Assembly (NCBI RefSeq): GCF_004010195.1
Contig: NC_057749.1
Span: 23,011,886-23,075,885 of the forward strand
Direction of reading: 5' to 3'
Source: Chiloscyllium plagiosum
Lineage: Eukaryota
Length of the DNA stretch: 64,000 bases
Of this stretch, positions 62,700-64,000 are shown in pieces (position 1 is the stretch's first letter; every line of letters begins with the position of its first letter). The notes beneath the pieces are model-generated. The model searched no databases, had not been told where the DNA came from, and worked only from the letters and a program-made list of their open reading frames with translations. Made by a program: the position numbers and the translations under genes.

Positions 62700-63035
62700 A
62701 TGCACAGTATCTTCCCAAGAAATTCACCAAAGATACTTAGACAGCACCTTCCAAACCCAGGACTACTTCCATCTAGAAGGACAAGGGCAAGTGCCCCTCC
62801 AAGCCACTCACCATCCTGACATAGAAACATACCACCATTCCTTCACAGTCATTGGGTCAAAATCCTGGAATCCTCTCCCTACCGGCATTATGGGTCAACC
62901 CACAACAAGTGGACTGCAGCGATTCAAGGCGGCAGCTCACCACCACCTTCTCAAGGGGCAACTAGGGATGGGCTATCAATGCTGGCCAGGCAGCGACACC
63001 CAAGTCCCACAAGTGAATTTTTTTTTAATAAAGAG
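62700..63035 (+). mobile_element. 3' end of the family X partner LINE
   Basis: Near-identical to 19780-20100. Confidence 0.82.
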
Positions 63036-63079
63036 CAATTAGGAAGGCCCAATAACAGGACCAAACAGCCGAAACAGAG

Positions 63080-64000
63080 GATGGATGTTCCCAGTGGCTG
63101 GCTAGTCCAGAATCAAGGATCACAGTCTAAGGATAGCAGGTCAGCCATTTCGGACTGAGGTGGGGAGAAATTTCTTCACCTGGAGATCGGGGGAGAATTC
63201 TTTGTTACAGAAAGCAGTTGAGGATAAAACATTGAATGTTCTCAAGAAACGATTAGATATGGTTCTTTGAGCTAAAGAGATCAAAGGCTATGGGGGGGGG
63301 GGGGGGGAGGTGAAATTGGGACCATGGGACTGAGTTGGATGATCAGACATGATCATGTTGCATGGTCAAGTAGGCCTCAATGAAGAACTGCCTAATTTCC
63401 ATCCAGTAAAAGACAGAAAATCCCAATCCCCAGACTCACCTCCACCACCCCCCCCCCCCCCCACCCCACACACCCCAACTAACTGATGAGATACTTTCCC
63501 AGTGAGAAGGGGTCTGAGGAAACTGCTGGTGTGTCACCGTTTAAGCAATATGCTTGGTTCACTTCTAAAGTCAAACCTCTATAAGAGTTGGGGGTGTCAT
63601 GTTACAGCTGTACAGGACATTGGTTAGGCCACTTTTGGAATACTGCATTCAATTCTGGTCTCCCTGCTGTAGTAAAAGATGTTGCTAAACTTGAAAGGGT
63701 GCAGAAAATATTTACAAGGATGTTACAAGGGTTGGAGGTTTTGAGCTAAAGGGAGAGGCTGAATAGGCTGGAGTTGTTTTTCCTGGAGCATCAGAGGCTG
63801 AGGGGTGACCTTATAGAAGTTTATAAAATCATGAGGGACATGGGTTGGGTGAATAGACAAGGTCTTTTTCCCCCAGAGTGGGGGAGTCCACAACTAGAGC
63901 AACATAGATTTAAGGTGAGAGGGGAAAGATATATTTGGGATCTGAGAGGCAACTTTTTCATGCAGAGGGTGATGAGTGTATGGAATAAGCTGTCAGAGAA
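63080..64000 (+). mobile_element. Two CR1 fragments (63080-63400 and 63575-64000)
   Basis: YRTLVRPLLEYCIQFWSP and downstream motifs; runs off the window end. Confidence 0.85.

Noticed and set aside
1..64000. CRISPR array, prokaryotic operon or endogenous virus
   Set aside because: No regularly spaced repeats, no gene-dense region and no viral motifs; the content is vertebrate retroelements.

Overview
Repeat-dense eukaryotic DNA from a cartilaginous fish. The HE1-type V-SINEs with their CR1/HER1-type partner LINE point to a shark; a carpet/bamboo shark is plausible but inferred. I found no intact protein-coding gene: the recognisable ORFs are fragments of transposable elements, and 8278-9215 is an assembly gap, so the window looks intronic or intergenic. 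It contains more than 30 CR1-type LINE fragments, about 13 HE1-like SINEs, Rex1/Babar, Tx1 and L2-like LINE pieces, two related LTRs, several Penelope-like (GIY-YIG) families, and a few unique islands with regulatory-looking motifs (CTCF, RFX X-box). Most interesting: (1) minimal type I hammerhead ribozyme motifs at the ends of about five Penelope-like families, also spread as roughly 45-290 bp, often palindromic mini-insertions with 12-16 bp target duplications; (2) a fragmented LINE whose 5' end is a tRNA-like SINE head, with an abundant SINE that looks like its joined 5' and 3' ends; (3) a 70-bp inverted repeat in otherwise unique sequence enclosing a stop-containing exon-like segment. All calls were made by eye; repeat boundaries are approximate unless target-site duplications (TSDs) are quoted.
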